Below are positions 51,736 to 64,000 of a DNA stretch of 64,000 nucleotides, piece after piece. Source of the DNA: Phyllobates terribilis (Eukaryota); contig NW_027362767.1 in NCBI RefSeq assembly GCF_046119375.1, forward strand, positions 39,308,001 to 39,372,000, written 5' to 3'. The position numbers and the translations under genes are program-made. Position 1 is the first letter of the stretch, and each line of letters starts with the position of its first letter. Below the pieces are notes generated by a model that was not told the DNA's origin, did not search any database, and worked only from the letters and a program-made list of their open reading frames with translations.

Positions 51736-51989
51736 CTCAAGGGGGTCGAATAATATTGCACGCCCCACTTTTCAGTTTTTATTTTTTTAAAAAGTTTAAA
51801 ATATCCAATAAATTTCGTTCCACTTCACGATTGTGTCCCATTTGTTGTTGATTCTTCCCCAAAAAATTAGAATTTTATATCTTTATGTTTGAAGCCAGAA
51901 ATGTGGCAAAAGGTAGAAAAGTTCAAGGGGGCCAAATACTTTCACAATGCACTGTATGTATTCATGAAAAAAATCTGAAGGGCCAGTTT

Positions 51990-54505
51990 TACAGAAATTC
52001 ATGTAGTAAAAATCCCTAGTGGTCTAAGGTAAAGAGTTAATAGTAATGTCCCTTGTTGAGCGCTCCCTGATGGCCTAAGGTAGAGCAATATTTCATTGTA
52101 AGTTCACTAGTGATCTAAATACAAAGAGTTGATTGTATGTTCCCTGGTGGTCTAGAGTAAAGAAATTGTTAATTGTAACTTCCCTGGTGGTCTAGGGTAG
52201 AGACATAGACCACCATGCACCTTATATTACACTATTTCTTTACCCTAGACCACCATGTACCTTATAATACACTATTTCTTTACCCTAGACCACCAGGGAG
52301 CTTATAATTAACTCTTTCTCTAGCTCCGACCACCAGAGAACTTACAACAAATGATTGTTTTACCCTATACCACTTCTAATACTTACAATGAACTAGTTTT
52401 CTCTGGAGACCACTAGGAAACTTACAGTTAACTATTTATCTACCCTAGACCATCAAAGATCTTACAAGAAAACTATTGTTCTACCCCAGGCCATCAGAGA
52501 GGTCCCCACAAAGAAAATTACTATTAACTCTTTCCTACCCTTAGACCACCATGTACCGTATAATAAACGAAGGTAAATAAAGAGTTAATAGTAATGTTCT
52601 TTGTGGAGAGCTCCCTGATGGCCTAGAGTAGAACAATAGTTATTTGTAAGATCACTGATGGTCTAGGGTAGAGAAATAATTACCCATACATTCCCTAATG
52701 GTCTAGGTAGAAAGAGTTAATTGTTTGTTCCCTGATGGTCTAGAGTTGAGAAAGACTTGAGAGTAGGTTCCTTTTTGGGTGGTCAAAAGTATAAAGATAG
52801 TTCATTTTAAGCTTCCTGGTGGTCTAGGGTAAAGAAATAGTTAAGTGTACGTTCACGGATGCTCTAGGGTAGAGAAATAGTTAACGGCATGTTCCCTAGT
52901 TGTCTAGGTAGAAATAGTTAATTATATGTTCCCTGACGGTCTAGGGTAGAAAAAAATAGTTAACATTAAGGACCTTAGTAGTCTAAGGTAAGGAAAGAGT
53001 TAATAGTATGTTCCATCCCACTAAAGAACGTATAGTTAACTCTTTCTCTACCGTAGACCATCAGTGAACTTACAATGAACTATTGTACTACCCTAGGCCC
53101 TCAGGGACCGCTCTACAAAGAAAATTACTATTAACTCTTTCCTTAGTTTATTATAAGGCGCCTGGTGGTCTAAGGTAAGGAAAGAGTTAATAGTATGTTC
53201 CATCATGAATAGTTCCCTGATGGCCTAGGGTAGCACAATAGTTCTGTGTAAGTTCTTTGCTGGTCTATGGTAGAGAAATAGTTAACTGTAAGTTTCCCAG
53301 TGGTCTAGAGAGAAACAGAGTTCATTGTAAGTGGTATAGGGTAAATCAGTAGTTTGTTGTAAGTTTTCTGATGGTCTGGGCTAGAGAAAAAGTTAATTGT
53401 AAGCTCCCTGGTGGTCTAGGGTAGAGACAAAGTTAATTGTAAGCTCCCAGGTGGTGTAGGGTAGAGAAATATGCTCCTCAACATTAAAATTGCAAAACCA
53501 AGAAGGAAAAGTTGTGGAGTTATGGAAAACACAGGATTGTTAGACATGTTAATTATATGCACATGGTGAAAAAATGGAAACAAAACTTTCAAAACATCTC
53601 GATTTATTCAGTCTGGAGCCTAAGTCCCCTGTGCAGAAATCCCGACTTGGCTGCTATCAGTGATTGCATAAATGGTTGTCTGAGGAATGTTCTGCAGCGC
53701 TGAAAGGTAGAGAAATAGTTAATTGCAAGTTTCCTTGGTAGTTTAGGGTAGATAAATAGTTAACTTGAAGTTATTGTTGTTAACTGTACGTTTCCTGGTG
53801 GCCTAGGGAAATGCTTCTGAAAGTGTGAGGCTGGAATCCCAGTGAATCTCCAACCATATGAGGTACCAGTTAGAAAAGTTTGTGAAGTCCTTCCTTAGGG
53901 TACACAAAGAGTTAATTGTAAGTTAACTGGTGGTCAAGGATAGAGAAACATCAATTGTAGGCTCCATAGTGGTTTAAAGCAAATAAAAAGTTAACTGTAG
54001 GTTCCCTGATAGTCTAGAGGGAGAGATACAGATAACTAAGTTTTTCTGGTGTGGAGGATTAAGTTCCCTGGTAATCTAGGGTTGAGATAAAGTTAGTTGT
54101 AAGTTTTTGTTGGGTAGAGAAAAAAGTTAATTGTAAGATCCCTGGTGGTATAGGCTACTTACATAGTTCATTGTAAATGCCCTGGTAGTTTAAAGTAGAG
54201 AAACAGATAACTCTAAGCCCCCTAATAGTATATGGTAAAGAAAAAGTTAATTTCAATTTCCCTGGTGGTCTAGAGTTGAGTAAGAGTTAATTGTAAATTC
54301 CCTGGTGGTCTAGGGTTCCATAGTCATCTAAAGGTGGCTATATACATTAGTGGCTTACTACCTAATCCCCATTGAGAAGACATGCATGAGGCCGATCTCG
54401 CTGTGTATAGGGAAAGGTCAGGAGGGAGAGCTGTAGACTTAAGCTATATGGCTACGTTAAGGGAGAAAAGGGTAACTTTACGTTCCCTGGTGGTCTAGAG
54501 TATGG
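51990..54505. repeat. Degenerate ~41-bp tandem repeat with inverted blocks
   Basis: Unit approximately CCCTGGTGGTCTAGGGTAGAGAAATAGTTAATTGTAAGTT. Reverse-orientation blocks lie at ~52200-52565 and ~53030-53140, and a unique island at ~53475-53700. Confidence 0.85.
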
Positions 54506-55408
54506 ATGGGATCAATGGTGATTCAAAGTGGTTCTGTTCACTGAAAGCAAGCCGGGATCTCTACAATAGTGAAGTATATTGGCTTTATAGACCCCCTTGG
54601 TGCAGGGCTCAGTCATTGCATGTGACAGTCCCTGGAGATGGCTCTTGAGGCGGCGATCACTCATCATCCACAGCAGCCATGTGAGCTGACACAATGAGCT
54701 GATTCTGCACTGCAGAGCATCTCCCTCAATGAGGCGCAGACATTGCAGCTCGTGCTCACTGAGTCAATCATTGCATCAGCTGCAATACTGCCCTGCACAG
54801 GACACAAATCTCCTCGCACAGGAGGCGTCCCCCCGAGAAACCGTCTCCGGGGGCTCCGCGTGATGAAATAAAAGTCGATTTCTCCAGAAACCACACGATG
54901 GAGGCGATGCTTCAGTTTAACCCTCTATTAAACGCTCTTAAAGGGCCCTTAGTTTATAAAAAAAAAATCATTGGCGTAACCACCAACGTCTCTAGACCCC
55001 TGAATGGCAAATGAGCACAGACAGGCAGTAACATATGTCCCGGCGATCGATATCACTGCATAATTAAACACATAGGGGAGTTAGGGGTTAATTTCCAGAA
55101 TTCTTACAGATGAGAATGTAAGACATGCTGAGAGTTGTAGTTTCACAAAATCTGGGGTCACAGTATACAGATCAGTCACTTGGATAATAAAGAGTTAACA
55201 CCACGACTCCTATTAACCTACACCTAGCACTGTAGTGAAGACACATCAATGCCCCCCCTGAGGCACAGGCGGCTACTTCACTAGTGGTCTCACTGTTACC
55301 ATAGAGATGAAATCCATAAGAATGTCACCACCACCAAAAACCATTCAACAGGAAGAGAAATAACATACAGACCCCAAAAGAAACAAAATATAAAAGATTA
55401 CAAAATAA

Positions 55409-58400
55409 TAGTGTTGAGCGATACCTTCCGATATCAGGAAATATCGTATCGGATTGGATCGGGCCGATACCCAAAAAGTATCGGATATCGCCGATTCCGA
55501 TACCGGAAACCAATGCAAGTCAATGGGACACAAATATCGGAATGAAAATAAACCCTTTCTTTCCTTGTAGGTTAATTCTACATGAAGTAAAACAACTAAG
55601 AATAATGTAGAATGACATGAAAAGCCGGCAATTCATCAGCGGCATTCACCGGTACCCGACAATTTACAACAGAAAGAATAGAGCTTCACACATAGATTAG
55701 ATAGATAGAAACATGTCAGTCACATATATATGAAGTACAGTGACAGTGTTGCTTACTGTACTTGTCATTTAGTGTAAAGGATTTATTAAAAAAAATATTA
55801 GTGTTTTCATGCACCGTCTCTTTAAAAAAGCCGGCCGGCAATTCAGCATCTGTACCCGACAATTTATAACAGACAGAATAGAGCTTCACACATAGATTAG
55901 ATAGATAGAAACATGTCAGTCACATATATATGAAGTACAGTGACAGTGTTGCTTACAGAACTTGTCATTTAGTGTAAAGGATTTATTTAAAAAAATAATA
56001 GTGTTTTCATGCACCGTCTCTTTAAGAAAGCCGGCCGGCAATTCAGCATCTGTACCCGACAATTTAGAATAGAAGGAATAGAGAATCACACATAGATTAG
56101 ATAGATAGAAACATGTCAGTCACATATATATGAAGTACAGTGACAGTGTTGATTACTGTACTTGTCATTTAGTGTTAAAATAAAGGATTTATTTAAAAAA
56201 AAATTGGCGTGGGGTTCCCCTTAATTTTAGGCTCTAGCGGAGGTTAAGCAGACAGCTGGGGCAAATGTTTGAAGCCTGGGAAGGGGGTAATACCCACGGA
56301 GCTTCCCAGGCTACTAATATCAGCCCCCAGCTGAATACCTAGCCTTTACTAGCTATTAAAATGGGGGACCCCCCAAAAAAAATGACGTGGGGTCCCCCCT
56401 AATTTAATAGCTAGCACAGGCTAGGCAGACAGCTGGGGGCTGATATTAATAGCCCAGGAAGGGTGCCATGAATATTGGCCCCCTCCCAGGCTAGAAACAC
56501 CAGCCGTCAGCCGCCCCAGAAATGGCGCATCCATAGGATGCGCCAATTCTGGCACTTAGCCTCGCTCTTCCACGCTGCCCTGGTGCGGTGGCAGGGGGTA
56601 ATAGGGTTGGGGTTGATGTCAGCTTATAATGCCAGCTGACATCAAGCCCAGGTTAGTAATGGAGAGGCGTCTATAAGACACCCCCATTACTAACCCCATA
56701 GTCAAAGTTAAAAGAAAACACAAACACCCAGAGTAAAGTCCTTTAATTGAAATAAAGACACAATTCTTTATTGTTCTAAATTAAACCATACTTACCATCA
56801 CGCCCATTCCAGCTGAAGCCAACGATCTCCTGCAATAAAAGAAAAATAATAAAGCAACCTCATCCTTACCTTTCGATGGTTCCCAGGACAGCTCCAGCTC
56901 TGCTACATCGAGATGACAGGCTGGACCGCAGCAGAAAGCTGCCATCCAGCCTGTCATCCCGCAGACACTGAGAAGCGCAGGCATGCTTGCGCTCCTCAGT
57001 GTCTCTCTGTGACGTCATCCAGATGAGCCGAGTTCATGTCCAATGAACTCAGCTCACCTCATGCACGTCACTGACAGCGTGGGAAAATTCTCCTGCACTC
57101 AGCGCTTCAGCGTGAGAATTCTCCCACGCTGTCAGTGACATACATGAGGTGAGGTCATGTCCAATGAACTCAGCTCACCTCATGCACGTCACTGACAGCG
57201 TGGGAAAATTCTCACGCTGAAGTGCTGAGTGCAGGAGAATTTTCCCACGCTGTCAGTGACGTACATGAAGTGAGCGGAGTTCATTGGACATGACCTCGGC
57301 TCATCTGGATGCCGTCACAGCCAGACACTGAGGAGTGGAAGTATGCCTGCGCTTCTCAGTGTCTGCGGGATGACAGGATGGATGGCAGCGTTCTGCTGCG
57401 GTCCAGCCTGTCATCTCGATGTAGCAGAGCTGAAGCTGTCGTGGGAGCCATGGAAAGGTAAGGATGAGGTTGCTTTATTATTTTACTTTTATTGCAGGAG
57501 ATCGTTGGCTTCAGCTGGAATGGGCGGGGTGGTAAGTATGGTTTAATTTAGAACAATAAAGAATTGTGTGTTTATTTCAATTAAAGGACTTTTTTCTTGG
57601 TGTTTGTGTTTTTTTAAATACTTTACTAGAAATTCATGGTGGTCATGTCTAATATTGGCGTGACCCCATGAATTTTGGGCTTAGGGCCAGCTGATAATGC
57701 CAAGCTGGCCTTAACCCCTTTATTACCCAGTGAGCCACCGCACCAGGGACCTGGATGAGTTGGGTACAGCGCCAGAAGATGGCGCTTCTATGAACGCGCC
57801 ATTTTCTGGGGCGGCTGCGGACTGCAATTTGCAGCGGGGGTGGCCCAGAAAGCTTGGGTCTCCCTGCGCTGCGGATTCCAGCCCCCAGCTGCCTAGTTGT
57901 ATCTGGCTGGGCACAAAAATAGGGCGAAGCCCCACGCATTTTTTTTTTAAATTATTTCATGAAATTCATGGAATAATTAAGAAAAAAAGGGCTTCCCTAT
58001 ATTGTTGTGTCCAACCAGGTACAAATAGGCAGCTGGTGGTTGGGGGCAGCCCATTCCTGCCTGCTGTACCTGGCTGGACACAAATATAGGGCGAAGCCCC
58101 ACGTCAATTTTTTTTTAATTATTTCATGAAATAATTTTTTTAAAAAAGGGCTTCCCTATATTGTTGTGTCCGGCCAGGTACAAATAGGCAGCTGGTGGTT
58201 GGGGGCAGCCTGTTCCTGCCTGCTGTACCTGGCTGGACACAAATATAGGGCGAAGCCCAACGTCAATTTTTTTTAAAATAAGTCCTTTATTTTAACACTA
58301 AATGACATTTGAGGAGTTAATAAAGATGCAGTCCCTAAATTATTATTTATTTTTTAATTAATTTTTCCCAACACTTTTGACGTGGGCTTCGCCATATTTT

Positions 58401-61400
58401 TGTATGCCAGCCAGGTACAGCATCCAGCTTCTATGAACGCGCCATTTTCCGGGGTGGCTGCGGACTGCAATTTTCAGCGGGGGGAGAGAGGGGGGCAGAA
58501 AGCTTGGGCCTCCCTGCGCTGCAGATTCCAGCCCCCAGCTGCCTAGTTGTACCTGGCTGGACACAAAAATAGGGCGAAGCCCCACGTCTTTTTTTTTTTA
58601 AATTATTTCATGAAATAATTTAAAAAAAAAGGGCTTCCCTATATTGTTGTGTCCGGCCAGGTACAAATAGGCAGCTGGTGGTTGGGGGCAGCCCGTTCCT
58701 GCCTGCTGTACCTGGCTGGACACAAATATAGTGCGAAGCCCCACGTCAATTTTTTTTAAATCATTTCAGGAAATTCATGAAATAATTTAAAAAAATTGAT
58801 GTGGGGCTTCGCCCTATATTTGTGTCCAGTCAGGTACAGCAGGCAGGAACGGGCTGCCCCCAACCACCAGCTGCCTATTTGTACCTGGTTGGACACAACA
58901 ATATAGGGAAGCCCTTTTTTTCTTAATTATTTCATGAATTTCATGAATTTAAAAAAAAAAAACGTGGAGCTTCGCCCTATTTTTGTGTCCAGCCAGGTAC
59001 AACTAGGCAGCTGGGGGCTGGAATCTGCAGCGCAGGGAGGCCCAAGCTTTCTGGGCCCCACCCGCTGCAAATTGCAGTCCGCAGCCGCCCCGGAAAATGG
59101 CGCGTTCATAGAAGCGCCATCTTCTGGCGCTGTACCCAACTCATCCAGGGCCCTGATGCGGTGGCTCACTGGGTAATAAAGGGGTTAAGGCCAGCTTGGC
59201 ATTATCAGCTGGCCCTAAGCCCGAAATTCATGGGGTCACGCCAATATTAGACATGACCACCATGAATTTCTAGTAAAGTATTTAAAAAAAACACAAACAC
59301 CCTGAAAAAAGTCCTTTAATTGAAATAAACACACAATTCTTTATTGTTCTAAATTAAACCATACTTACCATCACGCCCATTCCAGCTGAAGCCAACGATC
59401 TCCTGCAATAAAAGAAAAATAATAAAGCAACCTCATCCTTACCTTTCCATGGCTCCCACGACGGCTCCAGCTCTGCTACATCGAGATGACAGGCTGGACC
59501 GCAGCAGAACGCTGCCATCCAGCCTGTCATCCCGCAGACACTGAGAAGCGCAGGCATACTTCCACTCCTCAGTGTCTGGCTGTGACGGCATCCAGATGAG
59601 CCGACAATGAACTCGGCTCACCTCATGTACGTCACTGACAGCGTGGGAGAATTCTCCTGCACTCAGCGCTTCAGCGTGAGAATTTTCCCACGCTGTCAGT
59701 GACGTGCATGAGGTGAGGTCATGTCCAATGAACTCGGCGCACCTCATGCACGTCACTGACAGCGTGGGAGAATTCTCACGCTGAAGCGCTGAGTGCAGGA
59801 GAATTTTCCCACGCTGTCAGTGACGTGCATGAGGTGAGCTGAGTTCATTGGACATGACCTCGGCTCATCTGGATGACGTCACAGAGAGACACTGAGGAGC
59901 GCAAGCATGCCTGCGCTTCTCAGTGTCCGCGGGATGACAGGCTGGATGGCAGCGTTCTGCTGCGGTCCAGCCTGTCATCTCGATGTAGCAGAGCTGAAGC
60001 TGTCCTGGGAACCATGGAAAGGTAAGGATGAGGTTGCTTTATTATTTTACTTTTATTGCAGGAGATCGTTGGCTTCAGCTGGAATGGGCGTGGCGGTAAG
60101 TATGGTTTAATTTAGAACAATAAAGAATTGTGTCTTTATTTCAATTAAAGGACTTTTTTCTGGGTGTTTGTGTTTTTTTTAAATACTTTACTAGAAATTC
60201 ATGGCGGTCATGTCTAATATTGGCGTGATCCCATGAATTTCGGGCTTAGGGCCAGCTGATAATGCCAAGCTGGCCTTAACCCATTTATTACCCAGTGAGC
60301 CACCGCACCAGGGCCCTGGATGAGTTGGGTACAGCGCCAGAAGATGGCGCTTCTATGAACGCGCCATTTTCCGGGGCGGCTGCGGACTGCAATTTGCAGC
60401 GGGTGGGGCCCAGAAAGCTTGGGTCTCCCTGCGCTGCAGATTCCAGCCCCCAGCTGCCTAGTTGTACCTGGCTGGACACAAAAATAGGGCGAAGCCCCAC
60501 ATAATTTTTTTTTAATTATTTCATGAATTTCCTGAAATAATTAAAAAAAAATTGACGTGGGGCTTCACACTATATTTGTGTCCAGTCAGGTACAGCAGGC
60601 AGGAACGGGCTGCCCCCAACCACCAGCTGCCTATTTGTACCTAGCCGAACACAACAATATAGGGAAGCCCTTTTTTTCTTAATTATTCCATGAATTTCAT
60701 GAAATAATTAAAAAAAAAAAACGTGGAGCTTCTCCCTATTTTTGTGTCCAGCCAGGTACAACTAGGCAGCTGGGGGATGGAATCTGCAGCGCAGGGAGGC
60801 CCAAGCTTTCTGCCCTCCCCCCCCGCTGAAAATTGCAGTCCGCGGCCGCCCCGGAAAATGGCGCGTTCATAGAAGCTGGATGATGTACCTGGCTGGCATA
60901 CAAAAATATGGCGATGCCCACGTCAAAAGTTTTGGGAAAAATTTATTAAAAAATAAATAACAATTTAGGGACTGCATCTTTATTAAGTCCTCAAATGTCA
61001 TTTAGTGTTAAAATAAAGGATTTATTTAAAAAAAAAATGGCGTGGGATCCCCCATAATTTTAGTCTCTAGCGGAGGTTAAGCAGACGGCTGGGGCAGATG
61101 TTTGAAGCCTGGGAAGTGGGTAAAACCCACGGAGCTTCCCAGGCTACTAATATCAGCCCCCAGCTGAATACCTAGCCTTTACTAGCTATTAAAATGGGGG
61201 ACCCCCCCCAAAAAAATGACGTGGGGTCCCCTCTATTTTAATAGCTAGCAAAGGCTAGGCAGACAGCTGGGGGCTGATATTAATAGCTCAGGAAGGGTGC
61301 CATGAATATTGGCCCCCTCCCAGGCTAGAAACACCAGCCGTCAGCCGCCCCAGAAATGGCGCATCCATAGGATGCGCCAATTCTGGCACTTAGCCTCGCT

Positions 61401-63092
61401 CTTCCACGCTGCCCTGGTGCGGTGGCAGGGGGTAATAGTGGTGGGGTTCATGTCAGCGCCAGCTGCCATGAAGCCCAGGTTAGTAATGATGGCCGTCTAT
61501 ATGACACCCCCATTACTAACCTACAAAGTGTTAAAAAGAAAAAACACACTACACCCAGAAAAAAATAATTTATTTGAAATAAAACACCATTTTATTTAAT
61601 TCTTAGTTTACTAAAAAAAAAATAGTTACCTGTCCACGTTCCTGCGCTGATCTCCCATGCACAGCTGTCACATCTGGAGATGGTGACAGCTGTGCATGGC
61701 TGCTGTAAGCTCACGCTGCCGGGAACACGTCCGCTCCCGGCAGCGGGAGCCACTGACTGAGGTCACCGGAGTGCATTCAGGCAGCGCAGCTCCGGAGACC
61801 TCCTTTACGGCAGTGCTGTACCGTGGGAATTTCTCACGATACAGCAGTGCCGTAAAGGAGCTAACTGGAGCAGCGCTGCCTGAACTCCGGTGAACCCTTA
61901 CGGCCCCGTCATTCTAGCGGCGGCAGCGGTTCAGAGCGGTCACATTCTATGTGGCTGCTCTGAACTGGAGATCTTCGTGGGACACTCGTGGACTACTACA
62001 GAGGGGTAAGGATAAGGTTGTGGTTTATTATTTTATATTTTATTACAGGAGATCGATGGCTTCGGGGAATTAGGTGTCTTGGTGAGTATAGGTGTAGTTT
62101 TTTATTTTTTACTTTATTTTAGGTGGCGATCGGCGGGGACAGGTAATGTATGAACTAATTTCTTTTAGGTAACCACTGGCCACCAATGACATGTATTTAA
62201 CATTTATTGGGGACACAGTAGGGCAATTTAAATAGCAGGATCAGGCTGATGGGAACTACTGCTCCCATCGAGCTGATCCTGCTGGCAGGAGTGGACGGGG
62301 GACAGACATAGGCCGATGGGAGTAGTAGTGTCACATCGGCCTATGTCTGCCCGCACACACACCCGCACACACACCCGCACACACACACCCCGCACACACA
62401 CCCGCACACACACCCCGCACACACACCCCGCACACACACACACCCCGCACACACTAATCATGACGGGTCCGGGAGGTGAGGCTGACCTGTGCGGCCGTGG
62501 GAAAGTTGATGTGAGTTCATGCAGTCAAGCATGAACTCACATGAACCCTCTGAGGGCACCGCGGCTACTTCAAATGAACAGCTGATCGGCATCACCTGAT
62601 ACCTCAGCTGTTCATTTGAAATAACCGGCGGGAAAGCGCAGCACAGAACGGGAAAGCCGGCGGTGAAGTCTTTTCACTGCCGGCTTCCCCGCCCGGGTCC
62701 TTCGCTCCTTGGTGCTGCGCTCCCCGCCCGGTCCTAATTTACGATCGGGATGGGAGGTGGCGAGGGGAGCGGAGGATCGGGGTGGGAGGCTGCGGGGAAG
62801 CAGTATGGGGCTGCGTGATTGTTTAAAAGCCGGCGGCTTTTTACCGCGCCGGCTTTTAAACAATCAGGAGAATTCTCCCACGCTGGGATGGCATTCTGAT
62901 GACAAGCTGGATCGCAGCTGAGCGCTGCCATCCAGCTTGTCATCCTTCAGAGACACTGCAGAGCGCAGGCATTATGGGAACTTCCGATTCCGGTATTCGA
63001 TATTATAAAAGTATCGGAATTAAGTATCGGAATTCCGATACAGTGAATATCGGCCGATACCCGATATTTCAGTATCGGAATGCTCAACACTA
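55409..63092. mobile_element. Non-autonomous hAT-type DNA transposon, copy 2 (7684 bp), with a nested-palindrome interior
   Basis: Same 11-bp TIRs and about 200 bp of each end shared with 10506-13801. Perfect 8-bp TSD CAAAATAA (55401-08, 63093-100). No transposase ORF. Confidence 0.9.
62351..62452 (+). repeat. CCCG(CA)n compound microsatellite inside hAT copy 2
   Basis: Repeated CCCGCACACAC(AC) units. Confidence 0.9.
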
Positions 63093-63184
63093 CAAAATAA
63101 TAATCTGTATAATAAACAAGAGAGATGATACAAAGTAACAAACCTCAGACATCCAACACATCCCTCATTCACCTACATACAAGT

Positions 63185-64000
63185 GTTATAGTAGTTATAT
63201 TCTTGTACAGAGGAGCAGTATTATAGTAGTTATATTCTTGTACATAGGGGCAGTATTATAGTAGTTATATTCTTGTACATAGGAGCAGTATTATAGTAGT
63301 TATATTCTTGTATATAGGAGCAGTATTATAGTAGTTATATTCTTGTACATAGGGGCAGTATTATAGTAGTTATATTCTTGTACATAGGAGCAGTATTATA
63401 GTAGTTATATTCTTGTATATAGGAGCAGTATTATAGTAGTTATATTCTTGTACATAGGGGGCAGTATTATAGTAGTTATATTCTTGTATATAGGAGCAGT
63501 ATTATAGTAGTTATATTCTTGTACAGAGGAGCAGTATTATAGTAGTTATATTCTTGTATATAGGAGCAGTATTATAGTAGTTATATTCTTGTACATAGGG
63601 GGCAGTATTATAGTAGTTATATTCTTGTACATAGGAGCAATATTATAGTAGTTATATTCTTGTACATAGGAGCAGTATTATAGTAGTTATATTCTTGTAT
63701 ATAGGAGCAGTATTATAGTAGTTATATTCTTGTACAGAGGAGCAGTATTATAGTAGTTATATTCTTGTATATAGGAGCAGTATTATAGTAGTTATATTCT
63801 TGTAGAGAGGAGCAATATTATGGTAGTTATATTCTTGTACAGAGGAGCAGTATTATAGTAGTTATATTCTTGTACATAGGAGCAGTATTATAGTAGTTAT
63901 ATTCTTGTATATATGAGCAGTATTATAGTAGTTATATTCTTGTACATAGGAGCAATATTATAGTAGTTATATTCTTGTACATAAGGGGCAGTATTATAGT
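63185..64000 (+). repeat. 35-bp satellite array (runs off the window end)
   Basis: Same unit and orientation as 1-3421. Confidence 0.97.

Larger units (their letters stand above)
49730..51954 (+). mobile_element. Passport-like Tc1 (DD34E) transposon interrupted by an L1 fragment
   Basis: TA TSD (49728-29, 51955-56) and ~215-bp near-identical TIRs CAGTGCATTGTGAAAGTATTTGGCCCCCTTG. The protein MKTKEHTRQVRD...AAKGGATKY closely resembles Passport/Eagle/Glan transposases (recognised from memory). Confidence 0.93.

Noticed and set aside
11733-60110. Recurrent ORF MPALLSVCGMTGWMAAFCCGPACHLDV... in five or six places
   Set aside because: It lies in the repeated palindromic module of the hAT elements and varies by frameshift among copies. 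No protein family is recognised.

Overview
This is eukaryotic, repeat-dominated DNA, most likely from an anuran (frog or toad). That assignment is an inference from the repeat landscape, not a database match. I could not identify any host protein-coding exon; almost all ORFs in the supplied track are read-throughs of tandem repeats. The window has four kinds of content. (1) Tandem repeats: three blocks of a 35-bp satellite, two arrays of an 86-bp satellite with higher-order periods and an internal head-to-head flip, and minisatellites of 29, ~49, 30, 21 and ~41 bp. (2) Three near-full-length but disabled Tc1/mariner elements with TA target-site duplications (TSDs): a DD34E element nested in the end of an older Tc1, a DD38E (Intruder-type) element, and a Passport-like DD34E element interrupted by a 5'-truncated L1 with a 14-bp TSD. 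(3) Small non-autonomous elements: hAT and T2/Kolobok-type MITEs, a solo LTR inside an inverted-repeat element, and a CR1/L2-type tail. (4) Two copies (3.3 kb and 7.7 kb) of one non-coding hAT-type family with 11-bp terminal inverted repeats (TIRs, TAGTGTTGAGC) and perfect 8-bp TSDs. Their interiors are modular nested palindromes carrying repeated chains of canonical-looking splice signals around micro-introns of 20-43 nt, and this family is the most unusual object in the window. There is a 430-N assembly gap at 33244-33673. Several short unique islands look like regulatory non-coding DNA, but this cannot be confirmed without alignment.
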